Shown one piece after another: positions 1-8,761 of a stretch of DNA of 64,000 nt. Each line of letters opens with the position of its first letter. Positions within the stretch are counted from its first letter, which is position 1. The notes under the pieces were generated by a model, which searched no databases, was not told the origin of the DNA, and saw only the letters and a program-made list of their open reading frames with translations. The stretch comes from Candidatus Paralachnospira avium (GTDB taxonomy: Bacteria > Bacillota > Clostridia > Lachnospirales > Lachnospiraceae): assembly GCA_904420245.1 (NCBI GenBank), contig CAJFUL010000038.1:10196-74195 (forward strand), written 5' to 3'. Position numbers and translations under genes: made by a program.

Positions 1-19
1 TCTGATCGAGCTGGTATAA
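1..19 (+). CDS. rplQ: 3' end of 50S ribosomal protein L17 (partial)
   Basis: Frame ctg atc gag ctg gta taa = LIELV*, the usual L17 C-terminus. It is followed by a terminator, and the usual downstream block ecfA-ecfA-ecfT-truA-rplM-rpsI is in the window. Only 5 codons are visible. Confidence 0.6.
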
Positions 20-30
20 TCTGCTTTGTG

Positions 31-58
31 AAAAAAGAGAGCGAGAGCTCTCTTTTTT
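31..58 (+). terminator. Rho-independent terminator
   Basis: AAAAAAGAGAGC-gaga-GCTCTCTTTTTT perfect hairpin with T tract. Confidence 0.85.
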
Positions 59-137
59 GTTTGGCCTTTATCGACTTCTTCCTGATTCTATGCTATTATG
101 ATAAAGGTACAGCCATAGAATGGAAAGAGGTATTTGG

Positions 138-2882
138 ATGGAAGGGAAAAAGGCCGGAGGAGAAAAAGAAAGGCTCACCATCGGCATCCTGGCCCATGTG
201 GACGCGGGAAAGACGACCCTGGCGGAGGGGATCTTATATCAGACAGGCAGCATCCGGAAGGCGGGCCGTGTGGATCACGGCGATGCCTTCCTGGATACGT
301 ATGCCCTGGAAAAGGACCGGGGGATCACGATCTTTTCCAAACAGGCGGTATTTTCCCTGGGGGAGAAAGAGGTGACGCTCCTGGATACTCCCGGCCATGT
401 GGACTTTTCCGCGGAGATGGAGAGGACTTTGCAGGTGCTGGACTGCGCAGTGCTGGTGATAAACGGCGCCGACGGAGTCCAGGGCCATTCGGAGACGCTG
501 TGGAAGCTTTTGGAACGGTATCAGATACCGGCCTTTTTATTTGTCAATAAGATGGATCAGGAGGGGACGGACCGGGAGCGGCTTCTGGAAGAACTGGAGC
601 GGAGACTTTCGGACCGGTGCCTGGATTTTGGCCGTGATCTCTCCGATGGAGAATTTGCGGAAAGCCTGGCCATGTGCGATGAGGAGCTTCTGGAGCAGTA
701 TCTGGAGACGGGCGAGATCTCCGGAGAGGCTGTGAAGGCTCTTGTGACGGAGCGAAAAGTGTTTCCCTGTTATTTCGGTTCCGCGCTGAGGATGGAGGGG
801 ATCGGCGCTCTTTTGGAGGGGATCGCCCTGTATGCGGAAGCGCCGGAATATCCGGAGGATTTCGGAGCCAGAGTCTATAAAATATCCAGAGACAGCCAGA
901 ATACCAGACTGACCCATCTGAAGGTCACGGGAGGAAGTCTGAAAGTAAAGCAGCTTCTCACCGGGCAGGGAAGTCAGGGAGTCTGGGAAGAAAAAGCCGA
1001 TCAGCTGCGGATCTATTCCGGAGCCGGCTTTACGGCCGTGGGCGAGGCTCCCGCGGGCACTGTCTGCGCGGTGACCGGTCTCAGCCAGACTTACTGCGGG
1101 CAGGGGCTGGGTTTTGAAGAAGATTCGGAAGCGCCTTTGCTGGAACCGGTGTTGGAGTACCGGCTCATCCTGCCGGAGGGCTGTGACGCCGTCCAGATGT
1201 ATGGCAGTCTCCTAAAGCTGGAGGAGGAGGAACCGCTGCTGCGGGTCATATGGGTGGAAGAAACAGGGGAGATCCACGCGCAGGTCATGGGAGAGGTCCA
1301 GATCGAGATCCTGCAGTCCCTGATCCGGGAGCGGTTCGGCACGGAGGTTTCCTTCGGCGCCGGGAATATCGTATATAAGGAGACCATCCGGAATACCGTG
1401 GAGGGGGTCGGCCATTTTGAGCCGCTGCGCCACTATGCGGAGGTCCATCTCCTCCTGGAGCCGGGAGAGCCGGGAAGCGGCCTTCAGTTCTTTACGGACT
1501 GCGGCCAGGATATGCTGGACAAAAACTGGCAGAGGCTGGTGCTCACCCATCTGGAGGAAAAGCGTCACCGCGGCGTTCTGACCGGGTCGGAGCTTACCGA
1601 TGTGAAGATCACCCTGGTAGGCGGCAGGGCCCATCAGAAGCACACAGAAGGCGGCGATTTCCGGCAGGCCACCTACCGGGCTGTCCGGCAGGGCCTCATG
1701 CAGGCAGAATCGGTGCTGCTGGAGCCGGTCTACCGCTACAGGCTGGAGGTGCCGTCGGAGATGGTGGGAAGGGCCCTCACAGATCTCCAGAGGATGCATG
1801 GGACCTTTTCCGCGCCGGAACAGCAGGGAGAGTTTTCGGTGCTGGAGGGCAAGGCCCCGGTGGCCGCCATGGGGGACTACCAGCGGGAAGTGATCTCTTA
1901 TACAAAGGGACGGGGAAAGCTTTCCTGTACGTTGCATGGATATGAGCCCTGCCGCAATGCGGAGGAGGTCGTTGCGGCGTATGGGTACGACCCCGACGCG
2001 GATCTGGAAAATCCTTCCGGTTCCGTCTTCTGCTCCCATGGAGCAGGTTTTCAGGTACCCTGGGACCAAGTGCCCCGGTATATGCATGTGGAGGGACGGC
2101 TGAAGGCCGCGCCGGAGCAGAAGGAGGAGCTGCGGGCCGCGGCTGTTTCCGGCCAGAGCTATGCCGCCGGGCAGGCGGAGGATAAGGAGCTGGAAGCGAT
2201 CTTTGTCCGCACTTACGGACCTGTGGAGAGGCGGCGGACAGGGTTTGACCAGACGGCCTACGGCGCGGAGAGCGGCGCCGGGAGGCGGGAAGCCGGGCAG
2301 ACGGAAGCCCGTTACCGGGCGAAGCCCTCCAGAGAGCCGGAGAAGCAGTATCTATTGGTGGACGGGTACAATATCATTTTTGCCTGGGAGGAGCTCTCGG
2401 AGCTGGCCGAGAGGGACATCGCCGCCGCCAGAGGAAAGCTGATGGACATCCTCTCCAACTATCAGGGATACAAACGGTGCACCGTGATCCTGGTCTTCGA
2501 TGCCTATAAGGTGGAAGGCGGGACCAGAGAAATATTCCGCTACCACAATATCCATGTGGTCTATACCAAGGAAGCGGAGACTGCCGACCAGTATATTGAA
2601 AAGACGGTCCATGAGATAGGGAGACGCCATCAGGTCACCGTGGCCACCTCCGACGGGCTGGAGCAGGTGATCATCCTGGGACAGGGGGGACGCAGGATGT
2701 CGGCCCGGGGGCTCAAGGAAGAAGTGCTGTCCGCGGCAGAGGAGATCCGGGAACAGTGCCGGGAGAAGGGGGACGGCGGAAGGAATTACCTCTTCGACTA
2801 TCTCAGCCGTGAGATGGCAGAGGACCTGGAGAAGATACGGTTGGGGAAGAAAGGATTTTCCGGTCATGAAGAGGGAGATTGA
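138..2882 (+). CDS. TetM/EF-G-like translational GTPase fused to C-terminal YacP/Rae1-type NYN ribonuclease domain
   Basis: G motifs AHVDAGKTT, RGITI, DTPGH and NKMD; EF-G domain IV/V-like LLEPVYRYRLEVP; C-terminal LLVDGYNII...LVFDAY...ETADQYIE...VATSD (NYN). ATG at 138 follows AGAGG. Confidence 0.9.
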   Translation: MEGKKAGGEKERLTIGILAHVDAGKTTLAEGILYQTGSIRKAGRVDHGDAFLDTYALEKDRGITIFSKQAVFSLGEKEVTLLDTPGHVDFSAEMERTLQVLDCAVLVINGADGVQGHSETLWKLLERYQIPAFLFVNKMDQEGTDRERLLEELERRLSDRCLDFGRDLSDGEFAESLAMCDEELLEQYLETGEISGEAVKALVTERKVFPCYFGSALRMEGIGALLEGIALYAEAPEYPEDFGARVYKISRDSQNTRLTHLKVTGGSLKVKQLLTGQGSQGVWEEKADQLRIYSGAGFTAVGEAPAGTVCAVTGLSQTYCGQGLGFEEDSEAPLLEPVLEYRLILPEGCDAVQMYGSLLKLEEEEPLLRVIWVEETGEIHAQVMGEVQIEILQSLIRERFGTEVSFGAGNIVYKETIRNTVEGVGHFEPLRHYAEVHLLLEPGEPGSGLQFFTDCGQDMLDKNWQRLVLTHLEEKRHRGVLTGSELTDVKITLVGGRAHQKHTEGGDFRQATYRAVRQGLMQAESVLLEPVYRYRLEVPSEMVGRALTDLQRMHGTFSAPEQQGEFSVLEGKAPVAAMGDYQREVISYTKGRGKLSCTLHGYEPCRNAEEVVAAYGYDPDADLENPSGSVFCSHGAGFQVPWDQVPRYMHVEGRLKAAPEQKEELRAAAVSGQSYAAGQAEDKELEAIFVRTYGPVERRRTGFDQTAYGAESGAGRREAGQTEARYRAKPSREPEKQYLLVDGYNIIFAWEELSELAERDIAAARGKLMDILSNYQGYKRCTVILVFDAYKVEGGTREIFRYHNIHVVYTKEAETADQYIEKTVHEIGRRHQVTVATSDGLEQVIILGQGGRRMSARGLKEEVLSAAEEIREQCREKGDGGRNYLFDYLSREMAEDLEKIRLGKKGFSGHEEGD

Positions 2883-3762
2883 CTATCCGGTGACGGAGGA
2901 ACAGGCGGGCCTTCGGCTGGAACAGTTTTTGCGGCGGCTGGGATATTCCAGGAAATGCCTGGCTCTTTTGAAGCAGACGGAGGGCGGCGTGCTGGTGGAA
3001 GGAAAGCCGCGCTATCTGAATCAGAAGGTGTCGGCCGGAGAGAAGGTGTCGGTCTGTATCCGGGAGCAGGAAAGCTCGGAGAAGATCCTTCCGGTCCGGC
3101 TGCCTCTGGACATCGTGTATGAGGATGAGGATCTGATCGTGGTCAATAAAGCGGCGGGGATGCCCACCCACCCTTCCATGAAAAATTATGACAATTCTCT
3201 GGCCAATGCTCTGGCCTGGTATTACCGGGAACGGGGAGAACCTTTTGTATTCCGCTGCACCAACAGGCTGGACCGGGATACGTCGGGACTTACGGTGGTG
3301 GCCAAGCATATTTTAAGCTCCTGCATACTGGCCTCCATGGCGGTAAAGAAGGAGGTCACCCGGGAATATCTGGCCATCGTCCGGGGAAAGATGGAGCCGC
3401 CGGAGGGAGTGATCGACGCGCCTCTTTCCAGGAAGCCCGGTTCGATCCTGGAGCGGCAGGTGGATTTCGCGGGAGGAGAACGGGCGGTCACCTGCTACCG
3501 GGTGGCGGGAGAGGGAAACGGCCACAGCCTGGTGGCCCTTAAGCTTTTGACCGGCCGGACCCATCAGATCCGGGTCCATCTGAAATATCTGGGATGGCCT
3601 CTCGTGGGGGACTATCTCTATAATCCGGATATGGAATATATCGGAAGGCAGGCGCTTCACTCCAGGCGTCTGGCATTCCGCCATCCGGTGACTGGAAAAG
3701 ATATGGAATTTACGGCCCCTCTGCCGGAGGATATGAGACGGGTGCTGGAGCCGGGGGGATAA
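2866..3762 (+). CDS. RluA family pseudouridine synthase
   Basis: VVNKAAGMPTHP, NRLDRDTSG, LLTGRTHQIRVH, RQALHS motifs; start re-set to ATG 2866. Confidence 0.92.
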   Translation: MKREIDYPVTEEQAGLRLEQFLRRLGYSRKCLALLKQTEGGVLVEGKPRYLNQKVSAGEKVSVCIREQESSEKILPVRLPLDIVYEDEDLIVVNKAAGMPTHPSMKNYDNSLANALAWYYRERGEPFVFRCTNRLDRDTSGLTVVAKHILSSCILASMAVKKEVTREYLAIVRGKMEPPEGVIDAPLSRKPGSILERQVDFAGGERAVTCYRVAGEGNGHSLVALKLLTGRTHQIRVHLKYLGWPLVGDYLYNPDMEYIGRQALHSRRLAFRHPVTGKDMEFTAPLPEDMRRVLEPGG

Positions 3763-3781
3763 AGGGGAGGAGAGATTTCTT

Positions 3782-4714
3782 ATGGGAAGTGTTTTAGTGC
3801 GGGCAGGCGCCTTCCTGTTCATCATCGCGCTGGGATATGTGCTGAAGCGGGTGGGATTTTTTAAGCCGGACGATTACAGGCTGATCTCCAAGATCGTCCT
3901 GAACGTGACTTTGCCGGCCTCCATCGCGGTGAATTTTACGGATGCCCAGGTGAGTCCATGGCTGCTTTTTGTGGCGCTTCTGGGGATCATCCACAATCTG
4001 GTCCTTTGGGCGTCGGCGTTTTTCTTCAGCCGTAACGTCCCGTGGGAGATCAAAAAGTTCCGTATGATGAATTATCCGGGGTGCAGCATTGGATGCTTTA
4101 CCCTGCCATTCATCCAGAGTTTTCTGGGGCCGTCGGGAGTCGTGACCACATGCCTCTTTGACGCGGGAAACTCTCTGATGTGCACAGGAGGCACATACGC
4201 GGTCATCTCTGAAATGGACAGCATGCAGAAGGGGGGAAGCTCCGGTCTGGGAAAAGAGCTCGCATCCATCGGGAAAAAGCTGCTCCGGTCCGTGCCCTTC
4301 ATGACTTATGTGGTCATGCTGGTCCTGGCCTTCTGCCATCTGACTCTGCCGTCGCCCGTGCTGACCTTCGGCGGGATCCTGGCGGACGCCAACGCGTTTT
4401 TGTCCATGTTCATGATCGGCATGATGTTTGAGATCCGGCTGAAACCGGATAAGCTGAAGGAGATGGCGAGGCTCCTGGTGTGGCGCTATCTCATAAGCGC
4501 GGCGCTGGCGCTCTGCTTTTATTTTCTGGCGCCTTTTTCGGCGGAGGTCCGCCAGACTCTGGTGCTGGTGGCTTTTTCGCCGCTGTCGACTCTGGCGCTG
4601 GTCTTTACGGACAGGCTGGGCTGCGATACGGAGCTGGCCAGCGCGGCCAATTCGGTTTCGATCCTCGTCAGCCTGACGGTGATGACGGCGCTGGTGACGC
4701 TTTTTGCCATATAG
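3782..4714 (+). CDS. AEC (auxin efflux carrier) family transporter
   Basis: About 10 hydrophobic segments; IIALGYVLKR, VLNVTLPA, IGCFTLPF, LSMFMIG motifs; GGAGG RBS. Confidence 0.85.
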   Translation: MGSVLVRAGAFLFIIALGYVLKRVGFFKPDDYRLISKIVLNVTLPASIAVNFTDAQVSPWLLFVALLGIIHNLVLWASAFFFSRNVPWEIKKFRMMNYPGCSIGCFTLPFIQSFLGPSGVVTTCLFDAGNSLMCTGGTYAVISEMDSMQKGGSSGLGKELASIGKKLLRSVPFMTYVVMLVLAFCHLTLPSPVLTFGGILADANAFLSMFMIGMMFEIRLKPDKLKEMARLLVWRYLISAALALCFYFLAPFSAEVRQTLVLVAFSPLSTLALVFTDRLGCDTELASAANSVSILVSLTVMTALVTLFAI

Positions 4715-4746
4715 GGATACAATAAAAAATCCGGGAGGAAGAAAAA

Positions 4747-5925
4747 ATGGTATTTGGATTGCTGAAAGATATTAAAAACGGAGAGTACCGGGTGATCGCC
4801 ACTCCGTCGGAGATCGCCAGCATCGTGGCCGACGGCCACAGGGCGCTGGTCCAGCGGGGGGCCGGGGAGAAGGCCGGTTTTGAAGATGAGGAATATGAGA
4901 AGGCGGGAGCCTGCCTGGTGGATACTGCCGAAGAGATCTACGGACAGTGCGATCTTGTCACCAAGGTCAAGGAGCTGGAGCCCTGTGAATTCGGCCTGCT
5001 CCGGGAAGGACAGATCATCTTTACCTGCATCCATCCGGCAGCGCATCCGGAGGAGGTACAGGCCCTGCTGGACAAGAAGGTGATCGCGTTTACGGCGGAG
5101 GATTCTCACCGGTACGGATCTCCCAACTGCGAGGCCGCCGGGAAGCAGGGAGCCCTCATGGGGCTGGAGTCCATGCTCTCCATCAACGGCGGAAAGGGAA
5201 AGTTTGTCAGCGGTCTCGGCGGAGCGCCGGGTATGAAGGTGCTGATCCTGGGCGGAGGCGTCGTCGGCCAGGCGGCTCTGTCTGTCCTCTACGCCCTGGG
5301 AGCCTGGGTGACGGTCATGGACATCAACATCGGCACGCTGCGGGCCCTGAGCCGGCAGTACGGCGAGCGCATCAACACCATGATCTCCACCAAGGAGAAT
5401 ATCGCCAGGCTCCTTCCGGAGACGGATATGGTGCTGAACTGCGTCAAGTGGCCCAAGGGCAGCACAGAATTCCTGATCGACCGGGAGATGGTCCGTTCCA
5501 TGGGAAAGGGCTCCGTCATCGTGGACATCAGCAATGACGTGGGCGTTATCGAGACGTTCCACGAGACGACCCATGAGGAGCCCAGATATATCGAGGAGGG
5601 AGTGGTCCACTACTGCGTCAGCAATATCCCGGGGGCCATTGCCAATTCCACTTCTGTGGCCTACGCGGCTTCTGTCCTGCCGCACTTCAGGAGCATCCTG
5701 AACCGGGGCGTGGCGGCCGCCTGTGCCGGGGACGGCTTCCTGCGCAGGAGCCTGACGGCCTATAAGGGGTATCTGACCCACGAAGAGACCAGCGCCATCC
5801 AGGGCAGGCCCTGGATCCGTCCGGAAGACATCCTGGGCCTTAAAGGACAGGAGCTGGATCCCGCGCCGCCGGCCACTGTGACAAGATCCGGCAATTACAT
5901 CCCTCTGGAAGAGATAAAGCTTTGA
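4747..5925 (+). CDS. alanine dehydrogenase-like protein (AlaDh/PNT family)
   Basis: KDIKNGEYRV, KVKE, GGGVVG Rossmann motif, IVDIS, HYCVSNIPGA. Confidence 0.85.
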   Translation: MVFGLLKDIKNGEYRVIATPSEIASIVADGHRALVQRGAGEKAGFEDEEYEKAGACLVDTAEEIYGQCDLVTKVKELEPCEFGLLREGQIIFTCIHPAAHPEEVQALLDKKVIAFTAEDSHRYGSPNCEAAGKQGALMGLESMLSINGGKGKFVSGLGGAPGMKVLILGGGVVGQAALSVLYALGAWVTVMDINIGTLRALSRQYGERINTMISTKENIARLLPETDMVLNCVKWPKGSTEFLIDREMVRSMGKGSVIVDISNDVGVIETFHETTHEEPRYIEEGVVHYCVSNIPGAIANSTSVAYAASVLPHFRSILNRGVAAACAGDGFLRRSLTAYKGYLTHEETSAIQGRPWIRPEDILGLKGQELDPAPPATVTRSGNYIPLEEIKL

Positions 5926-5961
5926 TCTGTCGAAGACGGTTGGGGAGATGTTGCAAAAATA

Positions 5962-5990
5962 TTGACAAGAAATATAGGGTTTGATATAAT
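5962..5990 (+). promoter_or_regulatory. sigma-A promoter P1 for NlpC/P60 gene
   Basis: TTGACA-17-TATAAT with extended TG. Confidence 0.8.
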
Positions 5991-6027
5991 TTTATACATA
6001 TGGGGCTTGTACATTCTTCTCGAAAAT

Positions 6028-6044
6028 GTGACAGAGTTATTACA
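6028..6044 (-). promoter_or_regulatory. WalR-like box (reverse orientation)
   Basis: Minus strand reads TGTAAT-AACTC-TGTCAC, one mismatch from TGTWAH-N5-TGTWAH. Confidence 0.5.
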
Positions 6045-6083
6045 AAATCTGCCCTTTGGAAGAGAATCCCAGGGATAATCTGG

Positions 6084-6112
6084 TTGACACGGACAAGCTA
6101 TCGGGTTATAAT
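6084..6112 (+). promoter_or_regulatory. sigma-A promoter P2 for NlpC/P60 gene
   Basis: TTGACA-17-TATAAT. Confidence 0.8.
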
Positions 6113-6121
6113 GAATGTGGT

Positions 6122-6138
6122 TGTAATATTTTTGTAAC
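6122..6138 (+). promoter_or_regulatory. WalR-like box
   Basis: TGTAAT-ATTTT-TGTAAC matches TGTWAH-N5-TGTWAH and lies upstream of a peptidoglycan hydrolase. Confidence 0.65.
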
Positions 6139-6172
6139 AAATGTACAGTTGATAAAACTGGAGGTCTGATCT

Positions 6173-7480
6173 ATGAGAAAAAACAGGATCGTTGTCACAA
6201 TAGGCTGTATGTGCGCATCCGTGTTAATAGTGGGAGTATCTTCCATCAATGCGGCGAATAAGGTTGAGATCGATTCGGCCGTGGCAGGTATTTCCGTAGC
6301 AATGAACAATTTCTACGCAGGCAGTGCCAATCCGGAGGCTGAGATCAAGGATTATCTGGAAGGTTCCGGTTCCGGCAGCACCGATTCCGAAACGGCTCAG
6401 GCGGAGGAGACTTCTCCCTATGAGAATATCGCGGTATCCCAGGTGGGGAGCGATGAGGGCTGGGTCAATATCCGGACGGAAGCCAATGTGGATTCCGAGG
6501 TCGTGGGAAAGATCTACAACAACTGCGCAGCCACCATCGAGGAGACTGTCACAGCTGAGGACGGCGACTGGTATAAGATCAAATCCGGTACCGTCGAGGG
6601 ATATATCAAGTCGGATTACTTCGTGACCGGTGATGAGGCCGAGCAGGTGGCCAGAGAGATCGGCAGGAATTTCGCCGAGGTATCGGAAGGCGGCCTGAGG
6701 CTTCGGGAAGAGCCCAATACGGAGAGCAATGTGATCGATACCCTCTGGGAGGGCGATACATACACCGTCATCGGCGAGGAGGATGATTTCATCCAGCTTT
6801 CCCTCGGCAAGGATGATGAGGGCAACGACGTAACGGGATATGTATCCCAGGATTACGTCCGTACATATGTAGAGTTTGACGAAGCCATTTCTCTTGAGGA
6901 AGAGCAGGCTATGCAGGCAGAGCAGGAGCGGCTTGCCGAGGAGGCAAGGGCTGCTGAGGAGGCTCTGGAGAGAGCTGAGACTGAGGCAGAGACCAGCGCT
7001 GCCGAAGCGGAAGAGGATTACACGCCTTCTTATGACGACGAGGAGGATTACACCGAAGCGCCTCCGGCTACGGAAGCACCTTCCTATGACGAGCCGGATG
7101 AGTCCGATGAGGTGGTGGCGGATGCCACCAGGAGCGCTGTCGTGGCTTACGCGAAGCAGTTCGTAGGCAATCCTTACGTATACGGCGGCACCAGCCTTAC
7201 CAACGGCGCGGACTGCTCCGGATTTACCCAGAGCGTATACGCGCACTTCGGGATCAGCCTTTCCAGGACATCCCGTGCACAGGCCAATGACGGACGGAGG
7301 ATTTCCGTCAGCGAGCTCCAGCCCGGCGATCTGATCTTCTACGCCAGCGGCGGAAGCATTTACCATGTGGCGATGTACATAGGCGGCGGCCAGATCATCC
7401 ATGCGGCGGATGAAGCCCACGGGATCTGCATCGGTTCTCTGAACACGGGCCGTGTATATTGCGCGGTGAGCCTGTTCTGA
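6173..7480 (+). CDS. SH3b-domain NlpC/P60 (C40) peptidoglycan endopeptidase
   Basis: N-terminal signal/anchor, two SH3b repeats (VNIRTE...WYKI...GYIKSDY; LRLREEP...GYVSQDYV), acidic linker, NPYVYGG...DCSGF...HVAMY...HA. Confidence 0.93.
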   Translation: MRKNRIVVTIGCMCASVLIVGVSSINAANKVEIDSAVAGISVAMNNFYAGSANPEAEIKDYLEGSGSGSTDSETAQAEETSPYENIAVSQVGSDEGWVNIRTEANVDSEVVGKIYNNCAATIEETVTAEDGDWYKIKSGTVEGYIKSDYFVTGDEAEQVAREIGRNFAEVSEGGLRLREEPNTESNVIDTLWEGDTYTVIGEEDDFIQLSLGKDDEGNDVTGYVSQDYVRTYVEFDEAISLEEEQAMQAEQERLAEEARAAEEALERAETEAETSAAEAEEDYTPSYDDEEDYTEAPPATEAPSYDEPDESDEVVADATRSAVVAYAKQFVGNPYVYGGTSLTNGADCSGFTQSVYAHFGISLSRTSRAQANDGRRISVSELQPGDLIFYASGGSIYHVAMYIGGGQIIHAADEAHGICIGSLNTGRVYCAVSLF

Positions 7481-7504
7481 TCTTGAAAACTGAAAAATGA
7501 ATAG

Positions 7505-7536
7505 AGCGGTACAGCGCATAGCTGTACCGCTTTTTT
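7505..7536 (+). terminator. Rho-independent terminator
   Basis: AGCGGTACAGC-gcata-GCTGTACCGCT followed by T tract. Confidence 0.88.
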
Positions 7537-7645
7537 ACTCTATGGGGAAGCGCAAGGGTCTGCTGAGGGATCCGCGGCATGGGGGTTCGCCGGGAATGTA
7601 CGCGAGCATGGAAGGCCGGAAGGAACCCTGGAAAGGATGAGAAAT

Positions 7646-8614
7646 ATGGATAAGAAATATGATGTGATCTGTATCGGACAGGTGGTCCAGGACATCCTGG
7701 TGACCAATATCCCGGAGGACGCGCTGACCTGCGGGAGAGATACCTTCCTGGCGGATGAGATCCTGATGTCCGCCGGAGGAGACGCGGCCAATGAGGCCTC
7801 TGTTCTGGCCAAGCTGGGCAGCAGGAGCGCGCTTCTCACCAGGCTGGACAAACTGGAAGCGGGGAACATGATCTTTGACGATCTGACCCGGCTGGGGGTG
7901 GATACGTCTCTGCTGGTACGGCCCGACGACTGCCGGACTTTTTCCACCGTGGTGGTGGTGAAGCCGGATGGAGACCATATCTTTTTTGCCGGCCCCGGCA
8001 GGAACTTTACGCTGGAGCTCTCTGACGTGGATATGTCGGTCTTTGAACAGGCCAGGTTCGTGACGGCGGGGAGCCTGTATTCCCTGGGAAGTCTGGATGG
8101 GGAGGGCATCGCCCGGATCTTTGAGAAGGCCAGGTCGGCAGGCGCTGTGACGGTGGCGGATATGAACTATGACGGTGAGAACAGGGGGCCCCACGGCTCG
8201 GATCCGGTGTATCCCTTTACGGATTATCTGATGCCCAGTGAGAATGAGGCCCAGTATGTGACCGGAGAGACGGATCCCGACAAGATCGCCGACTATTTCC
8301 TGGCCCACGGCGTGGGAAACGTGGTGCTGAAGCTGGGCGGGGAGGGCTGTTTTTTCAAGAACGGCAGGGAGCGGTTCTTCATGGATCCCTACAAGGTCTC
8401 TCCCATGGATACCACCGGCTGCGGGGATAATTTCGTGGCGGCCTTTATCCACGGTCTTTTAAAGGGGATGAGCCATGAAGAAGCGGCGGACTTTGCCTGC
8501 GCCGCCGGGGCGCTGAATTCTCTGGGCCTGGGCGCCCATTCCTATATCCAGTCGGAAGAGCAGGTGCTGGAATTCATGAAGCAGGCGGAGAAGGTGAAGA
8601 TCCTGGGGAGGTAG
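7646..8614 (+). CDS. PfkB family carbohydrate kinase
   Basis: GGDAANEA and DTTGCGDNF signatures; paralogue of 28167..29129; ATG 7646 follows GAAAGGA. Confidence 0.9.
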   Translation: MDKKYDVICIGQVVQDILVTNIPEDALTCGRDTFLADEILMSAGGDAANEASVLAKLGSRSALLTRLDKLEAGNMIFDDLTRLGVDTSLLVRPDDCRTFSTVVVVKPDGDHIFFAGPGRNFTLELSDVDMSVFEQARFVTAGSLYSLGSLDGEGIARIFEKARSAGAVTVADMNYDGENRGPHGSDPVYPFTDYLMPSENEAQYVTGETDPDKIADYFLAHGVGNVVLKLGGEGCFFKNGRERFFMDPYKVSPMDTTGCGDNFVAAFIHGLLKGMSHEEAADFACAAGALNSLGLGAHSYIQSEEQVLEFMKQAEKVKILGR

Positions 8615-8621
8615 GAAGCCT

Positions 8622-8649
8622 TTCCAAGTCAAGGGTTTTGTGGTAAAAT
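8622..8649 (+). promoter_or_regulatory. putative extended -10 promoter of glgP
   Basis: TTCCAA-16-TAAAAT with TG at the extended -10 position. Confidence 0.5.
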
Positions 8650-8661
8650 CAAAAAGCGCAA

Positions 8662-8722
8662 TATGTCTCGTACTGCCTTCTGTAATTCAAACGAGACATA
8701 AAACGTTTGTTTTATGTTTTTT
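8662..8722 (+). promoter_or_regulatory. structured glgP leader: two overlapping, mutually exclusive hairpins
   Basis: TATGTCTCGT(8662-71)/ACGAGACATA(8691-8700) with a 19-nt loop; ACATAAAAC(8696-8704)/GTTTTATGT(8709-17) followed by T tract. Confidence 0.55.
8672..8689 (+). repeat. left copy of 18-nt inverted repeat flanking glgP
   Basis: ACTGCCTTCTGTAATTCA is the reverse complement (17/18) of 11304-11321. Confidence 0.85.
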
Positions 8723-8761
8723 GGAAAACGAAAACCGAGAAAGACAGACAGGAGGAAAAAT

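Noticed and set aside
138-2882. Calling the GTPase a tetM/tetO/tetW resistance gene
   Set aside because: It carries an NYN fusion, has host-like codon use and no mobile-element context; only the family-level GTPase motifs match
7010-7095. Short EEDYT/PSYD repeats in the NlpC/P60 gene
   Set aside because: Ordinary low-complexity linker duplication
7540-7636. SRP (4.5S) RNA suggested by GGCCGGAAGGAA
   Set aside because: Lacks the flanking CAGG/AGCA internal-loop motif and long helix, and runs into the pfkB RBS
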